From the NCBI GenBank assembly GCA_035361425.1, contig DAOSCP010000001.1, positions 275,412-339,411 of the forward strand: 64,000 nt of DNA. Direction: 5' to 3'. Positions 31,184-42,261 of this stretch are shown one piece after another. This DNA comes from Ignavibacteriales bacterium. Its GTDB lineage: Bacteria; Bacteroidota; Ignavibacteria; Ignavibacteriales; DAOSCP01. The position numbers and the translations under genes were made by a program. The notes below the pieces were generated by a model. That model did not search any database. It worked only from the letters and a program-made list of their open reading frames with translations, and was not told the origin of the DNA. Position 1 is the stretch's first letter, and every line of letters starts with the position of its first letter.

Positions 31184-32923
31184 ATGAAAGAACTACTGCC
31201 GCTAAAAAAATATCTTCTAAGATATAAGAAAAAAATCATACTGGGTTTTATATGTATTATTTTTTCAAATTTTTTTGCTACTATAATACCACAAATCATT
31301 CAAAAAACTATTGATATTTTCAATAATTCAAATAATCTTATACATCAAAAGCCCATTTTAATTGAATATACCATTTTAATAATTTTATTTTCTGCTATAA
31401 GCGGAGTTTTTAGATATTATATTCGTCAGACCATAATCGTCGCTTCGCGACTTATCGAAAATGACCTAAGAAATGATTTATTTACACATATTATTAAGCT
31501 ACCATATTCATTTTTTTACAATAATTCAACTGGCAACCTGATGGCTTTATCTACAAACGACATAAACGCTGTTAGGAATTTTTTAGGGCCTGCTATAATG
31601 TATTCAACTGATAACATAATAAAATTTCTGTTTATTTTTATTATGATGTTAAATATAGATATCCAGTTGACAATTTATGCATTATTACCTTTACCTTTTA
31701 TCTCTATTCTGGTTGTTATTATAGGGCGAAAGGTTCAAAACTATTACTCACAAGTATTAAAACAATTTGGCGTCCTTACAACAATTGCACAAGAAAATAT
31801 TTCTTTAGTAAGAGTTGTAAAATCATATTCAATACAAGAAAATTTTATCAAAAAATTTGACAAAAACAGCAAAGAATATTATCATATTAATATCCGTATG
31901 ATGAGAATAATGTCTTTAGTCCAGCCACTTTTAATCTTTTTGGTTGGACTTTCTTTAACAATAACATTACTAATTGGCGGGTATGATGTAATAACAGGCA
32001 GATTGACAATCGGTGAAATCACTGCTCTAACAATATATCTTGGATTACTTATCTGGCCAATGTTTGCTTTTGGATGGGTTACAAATATGATACATCAAGC
32101 TAATGCTAGTATGAAAAGATTAAATGAAGTTTTCAATTTACCCATTGAAATCGATGATAATTCTCAGGTAAACTTAAAAGAAATCAACGAAATTGAATTT
32201 AAAAATGTTTCGTTTGAAGTAGATAACAAAAAAATACTCGATAATATTACATTTAAAATTCAAAAGCATCAAAAAGTTGCAATTATTGGTAAAACTGGCG
32301 CTGGTAAAACAACTATATTTAATCTCATAACTAAAATTTTATCTCCTACAAGTGGCGAAATACACATCAACGGAATTAATATAAATTCAATACCTGCAAA
32401 AGATATTCGAGCAAATCTAGCATATATTACTCAAGAAGCTTTTTTATTTTCCGATACAATTAAAAACAACATACTATTTTGTTGCCAAAACTCCGATAAA
32501 AATTTAAATGAAATAATAACCCTTTCTGCTCTGGATAAAGATATTTCATCTTTTCCTAATGGAATAGATACTATCATAGGAGAAAAGGGAATAACTTTAT
32601 CCGGCGGGCAGAAACAAAGAGTAGCAATTGCCAGAGCATTAGCATCAAACTATAATTTCTTTCTATTTGATGACTCTTTTTCTGCAATTGATACAGATAC
32701 AGAAAACAGAATTATATCTAATCTTTACAACTTTTTAGAAAACAAAACTGCATTATTTATTTCCCACAGAGTATCAACTATCAAAAATTGCGACTACATT
32801 TATGTATTAGATAAAGGTAAAATTATCGAACAAGGCACAAACGAGTATTTACTTAACAAAAATGGCTATTATGCCAAACTTTATAATCACCAAATGATTG
32901 AAATTGAACTGGATAACGCATAA
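31184..32923 (+). CDS. ABC exporter, fused permease/ATPase (heterodimer partner 1)
   Basis: It has a six-TM domain plus an NBD, with GKTGAGKTT and LSGGQKQR. Confidence 0.88.
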   Translation: MKELLPLKKYLLRYKKKIILGFICIIFSNFFATIIPQIIQKTIDIFNNSNNLIHQKPILIEYTILIILFSAISGVFRYYIRQTIIVASRLIENDLRNDLFTHIIKLPYSFFYNNSTGNLMALSTNDINAVRNFLGPAIMYSTDNIIKFLFIFIMMLNIDIQLTIYALLPLPFISILVVIIGRKVQNYYSQVLKQFGVLTTIAQENISLVRVVKSYSIQENFIKKFDKNSKEYYHINIRMMRIMSLVQPLLIFLVGLSLTITLLIGGYDVITGRLTIGEITALTIYLGLLIWPMFAFGWVTNMIHQANASMKRLNEVFNLPIEIDDNSQVNLKEINEIEFKNVSFEVDNKKILDNITFKIQKHQKVAIIGKTGAGKTTIFNLITKILSPTSGEIHINGININSIPAKDIRANLAYITQEAFLFSDTIKNNILFCCQNSDKNLNEIITLSALDKDISSFPNGIDTIIGEKGITLSGGQKQRVAIARALASNYNFFLFDDSFSAIDTDTENRIISNLYNFLENKTALFISHRVSTIKNCDYIYVLDKGKIIEQGTNEYLLNKNGYYAKLYNHQMIEIELDNA

Positions 32924-34686
32924 TGGAAATTACAAAAGATGTAGGATATTCTAAAATATCAGGCAAAAAGTTATTTTTTAGATTATTAAAATTCACAAAA
33001 CCATATAAGCATATAGTTATATTGGCTATTCTTTTTAATATATTACTTTCTGCAATAACACCATTAAGGCCCTACCTTTCCAAAATTGCTGTGGATGACT
33101 ATATTTTAAAGAATAATTTTAATGGATTACTTATTATATCTTTAATAATTTTAGTATCAATATTTATAAATGCGTTATTTCAATATCTTTTAAGTTATAT
33201 AACTCAACTATTAGGGCAAAAAATTGTTTATAATATACGAACCTTAATTTTTTCCCATCTACAAAAATTAAGAACTGTTAATTTCGATAAAACCCCCGTT
33301 GGTAGGATGGTAACCCGCGTTACAAATGATGTCGAATCCTTAAACGAACTATTTTCAGCTGGTATTATCCAAATTTTCAGCGATATCTTTTTAATATTGT
33401 GGATAATTGCTTTTATGCTCTATATAGATGTTAATCTTACACTAATTTCTCTTTCGGTTATACCTTTAATTATGATAGCATCATTTATCTTTAAAAAGAA
33501 AGCAAGAGAAGCATTCAGCAATGTTAGATTACATTTAGGGAGATTAAATACTTTTGCACAAGAACATTTCTCTGGTATTCTGGTTATAAAATCTTTCAAC
33601 AAGTATCAAGATATTAGCAATAAATTTAAGGAAATAAATAAAGACCATACCAAAGCGAATATTGACTCCATATTTTATTATGCTGTTTTTTTCCCTTTTG
33701 TTGAATTTCTGGGCGCCATTTTAATATCTTTAATATTGTGGTATTCTTACTATGAACTATTAAGTGCAAAATTAACTCTGGGAACATTATTTGCCTTTGT
33801 TCAATTAACAGAAATGTTTTTTAGACCAATTCGCGAACTTTCCGAAAAATATAACATTCTACAAACAGCAATAGCGTCATCCGAAAGAATTTTTATGTTA
33901 TTAGATAACAACGATACTGAACAAACAATAACGCAAGTTAATTCATCAAAACCTTATTTTAATACAATAGAATTTAGAAATGTTTGGTTTGCATACGAAA
34001 ACGAAAATTGGATATTAAAAAATGTTAGTTTTACAGTTAACAAAGGAGAAATAGTTGCAATTGTGGGGCATACCGGCGCCGGTAAATCTACAATAATAAA
34101 TCTACTATTACGATTTTATGATATACAAAAAGGGGATATTTTAATAGATGGCAAAAGCATATACGAATACGACTTACAAGATTTGAGAACTTACATTTCT
34201 ATTGTATTACAAGATGTTCAATTATTTACTTCAACAATTTATGACAATATTTCACTTGGTAAAGATATAAATATCGAAGATATAAAAATTCTTGCAAAAG
34301 AACTTGGCCTTTATGAAGTATTTCACAATTTCGAAAATATTCTTTTTGATAATCTTGAAGAAAAAGGTTCTACTTTAAGTTTAGGACAAAAACAACTTAT
34401 TACTTTTGTTCGTGCATTAGCCCACAAACCTAAACTTCTTTTATTAGATGAAGCAACTTCCAATATAGATTCCAATACAGAAATAATAATTCAAAAAGCA
34501 ATGGATAAACTTTTTCACAAACAAACATCAATAGTAATAGCGCACCGGCTTTCAACTATAAAAAAATCAACAAAAATTATTGTATTACACAAAGGAGAAG
34601 TAAAAGAAATAGGCACACACAAAGATTTGATACTAAAAAAAGGGTTGTATTATAAACTCTATATGCTACAATTTTCTTCCAAATAA
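32923..34686 (+). CDS. ABC exporter, fused permease/ATPase (heterodimer partner 2)
   Basis: It has a six-TM domain plus an NBD, with GHTGAGKST and a variant signature LSLGQKQL. Its start overlaps the upstream stop. Confidence 0.88.
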   Translation: MEITKDVGYSKISGKKLFFRLLKFTKPYKHIVILAILFNILLSAITPLRPYLSKIAVDDYILKNNFNGLLIISLIILVSIFINALFQYLLSYITQLLGQKIVYNIRTLIFSHLQKLRTVNFDKTPVGRMVTRVTNDVESLNELFSAGIIQIFSDIFLILWIIAFMLYIDVNLTLISLSVIPLIMIASFIFKKKAREAFSNVRLHLGRLNTFAQEHFSGILVIKSFNKYQDISNKFKEINKDHTKANIDSIFYYAVFFPFVEFLGAILISLILWYSYYELLSAKLTLGTLFAFVQLTEMFFRPIRELSEKYNILQTAIASSERIFMLLDNNDTEQTITQVNSSKPYFNTIEFRNVWFAYENENWILKNVSFTVNKGEIVAIVGHTGAGKSTIINLLLRFYDIQKGDILIDGKSIYEYDLQDLRTYISIVLQDVQLFTSTIYDNISLGKDINIEDIKILAKELGLYEVFHNFENILFDNLEEKGSTLSLGQKQLITFVRALAHKPKLLLLDEATSNIDSNTEIIIQKAMDKLFHKQTSIVIAHRLSTIKKSTKIIVLHKGEVKEIGTHKDLILKKGLYYKLYMLQFSSK

Positions 34687-34690
34687 TAAT

Positions 34691-34720
34691 AAAAAAGCCC
34701 CAAAACGATGGGGCTTTTTA
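34691..34720. terminator. Bidirectional intrinsic terminator
   Basis: It reads AAAAAAGCCCC-aaaacgat-GGGGCTTTTT. Confidence 0.8.
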
Positions 34721-34725
34721 GTTAA

Positions 34726-36792
34726 TTATCTATAAAATTTATATCTTTCGTCTTTAATTTCTGCTTTTTCTTTAATATTAGCTAGCCAATTTTGAATAAA
34801 TTCATTACTTTTTTGCATATAAAGGTTACTTGCTATCTGTCGTCTTTGCATTTTGTAAGCATTTTTATCAAATTGATCTTTTTCCCATACTTTTACAATA
34901 TAAGCACCTGTTCTACCTTTAAATGGTCCAATAACTGAACCTGTTTTTGCTTCCATAACATTATGTGTAAATTTAATATCATATCCAACATTTGGTGGGT
35001 AACTTTGATAACTAAATCTACCTGTTACACCTCTTTTAATTAAAGGATTGTTTCCATAAACAACACTTAGTGAATCATTTGCACCAATTTTTGATTTTAC
35101 ACCTTTAAGTAAATTTACGCCATATTCAAGTTTTTTATTTCTGACAACTTCACTTTTAATTACAGCTTTTAGTTCATCAAAAGGTTTAACTCCAGCTTCT
35201 TTCACATCTGTTACTATGGCAACAACATAAGCATTTGGAGTAGAAATAACAGGACTAATATCTCCCTTACCATTTTCAAATGACCAATCAACTAAGAATT
35301 TACTATATCCAACACCTGGAATAAATGCCTGGTTCTTTGTAAATAATGGTGTTTCCATTTCATATTGCTTCATGTTAAAATGCTTAACAGCTTCATCGAA
35401 AGAATTTTTATCAGCAAAATATTGGAAATCAGCTGCTTTTTCGTATAATAAATCTTTTGAAGCACCTGAAAGTTTAATTGGGCTTTCAAGTTCTTCCACA
35501 ATAAATCTTGCGTTAGATTTTTCTTTGACAAGAATTACATGATATCCATAATTAGTTTTTACAGGTTTTTGTACTTTTCCTACAGGTCCACTAAAACAAG
35601 CATTTTCAAATTCAGGAACCATTCTTCCCTTACCAAACCAACCTAAGTCACCACCATTTTGAGCACTACCTGGATCTTTAGAATATTGTTGTGCTAATTG
35701 AGCAAAATTATCGCCTTTATTAACTCTTTCATATAATTGATTAGCTGTAGCTTCATCATCAACTAATATATGGGCAGCTCTTACAAAAGTTTCTTTGCCT
35801 GTTGTTTTACCTAACAATCTATACAAAGCATAACCAGTTTGACTTTTTACTGGTCCAACAACTTGCTTTAATGAAGCAGAATTAAGCACAGTTAATGCTT
35901 CGCTGGAAAGTTTACCCATATCAAGAGTATCTTTTTTATATGTAAAAGGATTTTCAAAATTTTTAAGTGATGTTGTATCAGAAGTTATCAATTTTTTTGT
36001 TTCATCTATTAAACTGAAAGCAGAAGTTGAATCATCAGCAGTAGGTTGTTTAGGGAATACAACAACTTTTAATTTTCTTTGTTCATCGTATCTATATTTA
36101 TATTGATTTTTCTCATAATATTGCTTTAAGTCATTATCTGTAACTTTGATTAAATTATCAGCAACATCTTCAGGTCTTACAACAAGATATTCAACATTAG
36201 CAAAGATGTTTTGATTTTTATAATTTTGTAAAAGTTCACCTTCACTTAAAACTACACTTCCGCCAAGCACAGTGATTAATTTTTGTTGTTTAAGCTCTTC
36301 TTTTAATCCAATTTTTAAATTTTCAACAATTTGTTTATTTCGTGGATCTTTAAGTGCTTGCATATAAATATCTCTACGGAATCTACCAGTAGAGTCAGTA
36401 AATTGTTGTCTTAAAAATACAGGTGGATTAGGACCGAAAAGATAATCTTCAACTTCTTTATCTGTTACTTCAATTTTCATTTGTTCCATTTGTTGTTCGA
36501 GCAACTTTTGAGTAACAAGTTGATCCCAGGCTTGCTCCCTTAAAATATCTATTCTATCTTCATCAACATCTTGTCCATATTGGTTTTTAATTTGTTCTCT
36601 CATATTTTCAATGGCTTTGTTGTATTCTTCGTATGTAATCTTTTCTCCATTTACGCTACCTACAACATTCTTACTTTGTCCTAAAACTTCAAGAACTCTA
36701 GTATCAGATAATACCATAAATAAAATAAACAAACCGCCAACACCAATAATAAAAACAGGTGTTAAGCTCCTCATTTTTTGCATCATACCCAT
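34726..36792 (-). CDS. ppiD: Periplasmic chaperone / peptidyl-prolyl isomerase, PpiD-like
   Basis: It has an N-terminal TM anchor, SurA-N-like regions and a parvulin domain (AAHILV...GGDLGWFGKGRMVPEFE). Confidence 0.75.
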   Translation of the reverse strand: MGMMQKMRSLTPVFIIGVGGLFILFMVLSDTRVLEVLGQSKNVVGSVNGEKITYEEYNKAIENMREQIKNQYGQDVDEDRIDILREQAWDQLVTQKLLEQQMEQMKIEVTDKEVEDYLFGPNPPVFLRQQFTDSTGRFRRDIYMQALKDPRNKQIVENLKIGLKEELKQQKLITVLGGSVVLSEGELLQNYKNQNIFANVEYLVVRPEDVADNLIKVTDNDLKQYYEKNQYKYRYDEQRKLKVVVFPKQPTADDSTSAFSLIDETKKLITSDTTSLKNFENPFTYKKDTLDMGKLSSEALTVLNSASLKQVVGPVKSQTGYALYRLLGKTTGKETFVRAAHILVDDEATANQLYERVNKGDNFAQLAQQYSKDPGSAQNGGDLGWFGKGRMVPEFENACFSGPVGKVQKPVKTNYGYHVILVKEKSNARFIVEELESPIKLSGASKDLLYEKAADFQYFADKNSFDEAVKHFNMKQYEMETPLFTKNQAFIPGVGYSKFLVDWSFENGKGDISPVISTPNAYVVAIVTDVKEAGVKPFDELKAVIKSEVVRNKKLEYGVNLLKGVKSKIGANDSLSVVYGNNPLIKRGVTGRFSYQSYPPNVGYDIKFTHNVMEAKTGSVIGPFKGRTGAYIVKVWEKDQFDKNAYKMQRRQIASNLYMQKSNEFIQNWLANIKEKAEIKDERYKFYR

Positions 36793-36885
36793 ATTAGATA
36801 TATTCCTCCATAATTATACAATTTTAATAGATTTAAAGATTGTAATTTAATTATTTTTAAACTAAAATTCAAATAAAATAAATGA

Positions 36886-37581
36886 TTATTGAAAATTTTT
36901 TATTGCGTCTATATACCATTGAGTAATAACGCGTGGTCTTGTAATAGCTGTACCAACAACAACAGCCCAGGCACCAACTTGAATTGCTTTAGCTGCGGTA
37001 TCAGGTGTATTAAATCTTCCTTCTGCAAAAACAGGCACTGATGATAGACTACACAAATCACTTAATAACTCATAATCGGGTTGGTGAATATCTGCTTTAT
37101 GTTTAGTTTCTGGTGTATAACCACTTAATGTTGTAGAAATACAATCAGCCCCAGCTTTAATACAAGCTAGTGCATCCTCAATTGTAGAAATATCAGCCAT
37201 TATGCATACATCTGGATATTTTTCCTTTACTTTTGAAATAAATTCTGGCCCGGTTAGTTCTTCTCTTTTTCTAAAAGTTCCATCAATAGCTATAATATCG
37301 CAATTTGTTTTTAATAAATCTTCCACATCTTTAAATGAACCAGTTATTCTTACATAACCATCATCAAAATATGATTTTATCAAACCAATAACTTGAACAG
37401 ATACATTCTCTTTTATCATTTTTGTTTTTTCAAACCCTTCAGTTCTAATACCTGCTGCTCCGCCCATAACTGCTGCTTTAGCAAATAAAGTTACTCCTTC
37501 TTGTGAATTAAATGGATCATTACCCTTAGCCTAGCAGGATACTATTAATTGCTTTTTTAATCTATCTAAAATTTCTTTCAT
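36886..37581 (-). pseudogene. nanE: N-acetylmannosamine-6-phosphate 2-epimerase-like gene interrupted by one in-frame TAG
   Basis: The minus-strand ATG at 37581 forms a TAATG overlap with the upstream stop. It gives MKEILDRLKKQLIVSC*AKGNDPF...AAVMGGAAGIRTEG... in one frame. The TAG (plus-strand 37531-37533) falls exactly where NanE has the conserved LIVSCQ glutamine. The rest of the 231 codons is intact. Confidence 0.75.
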
Positions 37582-38321
37582 TACAATTCCTCAAAATATT
37601 CTGGAAAAACTATATTTTCTGTGATAATTTTGGTATTTGGTTTCTTGTAAATTTTGTGCGTATTGCCCGGCACTAATTGCGACCTTACCGGATAAATAGT
37701 TTCATCAAAATTCATCAATATTTCAACCATTCTATTGTCTAACTTAATTAAATCTTTCTCATCATTTTGGAGTGTGATAAAATACCTTTTATCTTGCAAT
37801 TGCAAATATTTTATATTTTCTATATTATTAACGATTTCAATTTCTAATGGTTTATTTGTTATCAAATGGATATATGCTTTTTCAAATGTGTAATTTGAGT
37901 TAAAATACTTATAAATATCAAATTGCTCTGATGCATCAACAAAAACATCAAAATAAAACTTTAAATTGCCTTCCTTTGCAATCAACTCAACTTCATTATC
38001 TTTAAATTGTAAAACAGTAACATAAAATAAATGTTCAATACTATTATCAACGAGAAATTTGTGAAGATAAAATTTAAATGTTTTCGGTTCTACAATAACT
38101 TTATTACCATCATCATAAAGAAATTCTGGTAATTTTTCAAATTGAAAAGATAAAATATTGTTCTTATATTGAAGCAGATTTAAAGTCTCTGTAATTGTAT
38201 CGCCACAAAATCCAATATTATTAATAAGTAATACTTTTTTCCCTTGCTCAGTAAGTTTTTTGGCTAGCTTAATACCTTCCAGACTTGCTTTGTAAATAAT
38301 TACATCATATTTATTTTGCAT
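37581..38321 (-). CDS. Hypothetical protein with a degenerate Rossmann-like N-terminus
   Basis: 246 aa. The N-terminus YDVIIYKASLEGIKLAKKLTEQGKKVLLI resembles an FAD/NAD-binding beta-alpha-beta unit but lacks GxGxxG. Confidence 0.5.
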   Translation of the reverse strand: MQNKYDVIIYKASLEGIKLAKKLTEQGKKVLLINNIGFCGDTITETLNLLQYKNNILSFQFEKLPEFLYDDGNKVIVEPKTFKFYLHKFLVDNSIEHLFYVTVLQFKDNEVELIAKEGNLKFYFDVFVDASEQFDIYKYFNSNYTFEKAYIHLITNKPLEIEIVNNIENIKYLQLQDKRYFITLQNDEKDLIKLDNRMVEILMNFDETIYPVRSQLVPGNTHKIYKKPNTKIITENIVFPEYFEEL

Positions 38322-38324
38322 AAG

Positions 38325-40478
38325 TTAACTCTTTTTTGTTGCTATAACAATAAGTTTATCTGATGGCAATAAATTACCTACTTCAATATCCACAACAGCA
38401 AATACCTGAGATTCTTGCACCAACCCGGTCATATCAATAATTTTTGCGCCGTTAATAATAAAAATATCAGGAACAAGTGCACCTGCATCGCCAAATGTTG
38501 TTAATTGTTGAATAATATTGGAAATTTCCTGTTTTATAGTTTGCACATTTGTTTCCTTTACAATAGCATCGTTAAGCTGAAGTTTTATAGTTCCTTCGTT
38601 ATCAATAACTCTAACTGGATTTTTTTCTGTTTTAATCATACCCAAAAGGTATTTTTTAACATCGTGACAACTAAATACATTAATAAAATCATTTTTAGCA
38701 ACCAAATGAATAAAATTTTTATCTTTTTTAAATGATAAAGCTACAATACTCAGAAGCTCATCAGAAGTTAAATCCATAATTCTTAAATCTTTTGTTCTTA
38801 GTTCGCTATTTCCCATTGCGGTAGCGATAACTTTTTTATTTTTAGAATCTATCTCAATTTGCACTTCAACAGTTTCTGGAACAGCGCCCATTTTAATTAC
38901 GGAGTTACAGATTCCTGTCGTAATGCAATTAAATCGGCCTCGGTTGGATTGATAATATTTTTTTCAACGCTATCGCGTATCATTCCCAGAGCTGCACCAA
39001 TAGCAGAAATCACTTCACAATTCTGAGCTATTTCGTGTGGTATATTCATATGTTCAGACGCAAATGGCACAACAGCTGAAGCACCTCCACCGCCACCTAT
39101 AAATTTAATTAAACTCTTATCCAATTTATATTCTTTAATAAGTTGATGTATTACCGGCTCAACTTTGCCTGCTGTAATTTTACCAATAGTTTTTGCGATA
39201 TGTTCAGCCGTTGTATTCCATTTTTTTGCATTTGTTATCAAACAGCTTTTAATAGCATTAATATTACCAGCTCCGTGCCCAACTTCTTTAACTTTATTTA
39301 AATAATATGCCGCTGCCGTAGGAGTTATCGTATATTTTTTTCTTTTCCTTTGACATTTATAGCTAAATAATCTTTAGGATCTGATTTTGTTGGTTGAATA
39401 GCTTCAAGTTCGATATCCGTAAAATTATCAAAATCTGCAAAAGATGTATAACTTAAATTAGCAATATGAGCACTTCTTGGCCCTACATCTATTATTTTAT
39501 TGCCGCTAAATCGTGGCACAGAACCGCCACCAATTCCGATTGTTCGGACATCAAGAGTTCTTACATATAAACGATTGCCGCCAATTTGTGCAGATTTAAC
39601 CTGTGGTTTTCCATTCTTGATAACAGTTATATCTGTTGATGTACCACCGACCTCAAGGAAAATACCATCTGTGATTTTAGCATACATTAACGCAGCAGCA
39701 ACACCGGCAGCAGGACCAGAAAGCATTGTTAAAATTGGTCTTTTTCTCATTTCATCAATATTCATAATACCGCCATCGGATCTCATTACCATTAAAGGAG
39801 CATTAATATTAGTTTCTCTGATTGCTTTTTCTGTCATATTAGCAGTTTCAAGCATTTTTGGCATCATAGATGCATTAATTATTGCCGTTCTTGTTCTTAC
39901 CCTTAAACCATACAATTTAGAAATAGATGAAGCAGATGTAGCAAGCAACCCTTTCTTTTGAGCTATATCCACAATTATTAATTCATTAGCAGGATTTTCA
40001 ACTCCAAACGCTTCAGTTGCGACAATAACTTCGGCGCCCTCTTCAACTAATTCATCAATTAATTTGTTGATAATATCATCATTTAATTCGTTTGAAGTAT
40101 CAAAAAATCTGTATCTTATAGGTAAAAATTTTTGTGGCGCAAGCTCAATATTATTTAAATTCGTCTCTTTTTTAATTCTGAATTTTTCGATACCTTTTCC
40201 TAACCCAATTACTCCAACCGTTGCAACATCTCCTTCTAACAAAGAGTTTGTCGCTTGCGTTGTAGAGTGGGCAATCAAAATAATTTCATCTTTGTTAATT
40301 TTGTAATCTTCTAATAATTTGAAAAGGGAATCAACAACCCCTTTTGCTACACCTTCTTTTGCTGTGTGTGTGGAGGTACACAGGCTTTACCAACAATTGA
40401 ATAATCTTTAATATCAATTGCAACTGCGTGTGTGAAGGTCCCCCCGACATCAATTCCAATTTTGATTTTTTTCCCCAT
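38325..40478 (-). pseudogene. Hydantoinase/oxoprolinase-family (ASKHA fold) gene split by three frameshifts
   Basis: Four collinear pieces occupy three frames. They are [24 protein letters not shown]... (from 40478), ...[12 protein letters not shown]...[15 protein letters not shown]...GPAAGV...EVGGTSTD... (to 39325), [17 protein letters not shown]...FIGGGGGASAVVP... (to 38897), and VIKMGAVPETVEV... (to 38325). The frame changes are at a (TG)5 repeat (40363-40372), a T7 run (39335-39341) and near 38892-38900. Confidence 0.75.
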
Positions 40479-40682
40479 ATTATGTATCACAAATATTTTT
40501 TGTTTTACAAAATACTAAAAATATTTTTTATTTTTTCTAAATTTTGAAAATTTAATAAAAATTTAATTTTTAATTCCTTTACAATTAAAAAGTTATAAAA
40601 TTAATTTGTCTTTCAGATAATATTATCTTATTTTTGTATATTAGATAATTTTATCTTATTTTAACTATTAAGGAGTTTTTAT

Positions 40683-41642
40683 ATGGAAAATAATTATAAA
40701 TATCAAGAAAATTATCTCGATAACCTTATTTCCGACCATAATCTAATAGAAAAAGCTTTAATTTTGTTTGAAAAGGAAATCGCTAAAAACGAAATGGCAA
40801 ACAAAGAAATTTTACAATCTTTAATTTCTTTCATAGATGAATATGGCGATACATACCATAACCAAAAAGAAGAGCAATTTTACTTTCCTTTATTGTTACA
40901 AAAAGGTTTGCCCCCTATGGGACCTGTCAATGTTATGCTAATGGAACACCAGAATGAAAGAGAGCTAATCTCCGAAATTAAAAATTTAATCAATAAATTT
41001 GAAAATGAAAATATCTTTGATGAAAATCTTAATAATTTAATAAGAGATTTTTGCGAACTTACCAAAAATCACATATGGAAAGAAAATGATATTTTATATC
41101 CAATGGGCGCAAAATTATTAGATGAAAATGATAATAAATTTCTTATTGATAATTTTGAAAAACTAAGTCAAGAAAAATACGGTCAAGATCCTTACAAAAG
41201 ATTTTCTATTATGTTAGATTCGTTTGAAAAAAAACACGGGAATAAAATAGACCTCCTTGCAGAATTAAGTACAGATGTAATAAACAATATGATTGATGCT
41301 TTACCTGTTGAACTCTCATTTGTCGATGAAAACGATATTGTAAGATATTTTTCACACCAAAACAAAAAGAAGATTTTCCATCGCTCACTCGGAGTTGTTG
41401 GAAGAAAAGTGCAAAAATGCCATCCAGAAAAAAGCGTTCATCTTGTTAACCAAATTTTAGAAGAAATGAAAGCAGGAACTAGAGATTCCGCTGAATTCTG
41501 GATTAATTTCCAATCTATGTTTGTTCATATCTCATATTATGCCGTTCGTGATGAAAATGGTAAATATCAAGGTTGCGTTGAAATGGTACACGATATTTCA
41601 AAATACAGAAAATTAGAAGGCGAAAAAAGACTTTTGGGATAA
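40683..41642 (+). CDS. Hemerythrin-like / DUF438 / PAS-type sensor protein
   Basis: The N-terminal segment is a hemerythrin-like HHE region (H..KEE..FYFPLL...MLMEH). The C-terminal segment FVDENDIVRYFS...GRKVQKCHPEKSV...FWINF...YYAVRDENGKYQG matches the DUF438/PAS pattern as I remember it. Confidence 0.6.
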   Translation: MENNYKYQENYLDNLISDHNLIEKALILFEKEIAKNEMANKEILQSLISFIDEYGDTYHNQKEEQFYFPLLLQKGLPPMGPVNVMLMEHQNERELISEIKNLINKFENENIFDENLNNLIRDFCELTKNHIWKENDILYPMGAKLLDENDNKFLIDNFEKLSQEKYGQDPYKRFSIMLDSFEKKHGNKIDLLAELSTDVINNMIDALPVELSFVDENDIVRYFSHQNKKKIFHRSLGVVGRKVQKCHPEKSVHLVNQILEEMKAGTRDSAEFWINFQSMFVHISYYAVRDENGKYQGCVEMVHDISKYRKLEGEKRLLG

Positions 41643-41655
41643 CCCAAAAGTCTTT
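41626..41655. terminator. Bidirectional hairpin spanning the stops of two convergent genes
   Basis: A 13-bp perfect inverted repeat, AAAGACTTTTGGG-ataa-CCCAAAAGTCTTT. Confidence 0.6.
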
Positions 41656-42241
41656 ATTTCATTATAATTAATATATTTGTTGTAAACATTTTTATCGATA
41701 TCGCCAACAATATCACCCCAAAAAACCTTCTTAAAATATTTAACACCGATTGTGATATTAAACGATTTATCGATGTAATATATTTTAAAACTACAAATAC
41801 AAAAAGCATATTTACTAATAATCCTATAAAAATGTTTATCACACTATATTCTGCCCGTAATGAAAGAAATGTTGTTAAACCGCCAGGTCCAGCTATTAAA
41901 GGAAACGCAACAGGGAAATAAGTTGCATCTTGTGTATTACCTTCTGTTTTTATGATTTCTATCCCTAATATCATTTCCATCGCCAAAATAAAAATTACAA
42001 TCGAACCAGCAACAGCAAATGACGGAACATCAACCTTAAACATTCCAAGTATTGCATCCCCTAAAAAGAAAAAAACAGCATAAAGAAAAAATGAAAATAA
42101 ACACGATATTAACGATTTATAAATTATTTTTCGTGATACAAAATCTAATAAGATTGGAACTGAACCCAAAATATCAATTATTGCAAACATTATAATTGTT
42201 GTACTGATTATCTGCGTAAAGTTAATATCTCCCAAATGCAT
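41654..42241 (-). CDS. MarC-family (UPF0056) integral membrane protein
   Basis: 195 aa with about 6 TM segments. The motifs FAIIDILGSVPI and FPLIAGPG are typical of the MarC family. Confidence 0.65.
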   Translation of the reverse strand: MHLGDINFTQIISTTIIMFAIIDILGSVPILLDFVSRKIIYKSLISCLFSFFLYAVFFFLGDAILGMFKVDVPSFAVAGSIVIFILAMEMILGIEIIKTEGNTQDATYFPVAFPLIAGPGGLTTFLSLRAEYSVINIFIGLLVNMLFVFVVLKYITSINRLISQSVLNILRRFFGVILLAISIKMFTTNILIIMK

Positions 42242-42261
42242 ATTATAATTCCTTTATTTTT

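Noticed and set aside
39500-40306. Plus-strand ORFs 39500..39961 and 40064..40306
   Set aside because: They are antisense shadows of the hydantoinase-family pseudogene, with Pro/Ile/Ser-rich translations and no motifs.
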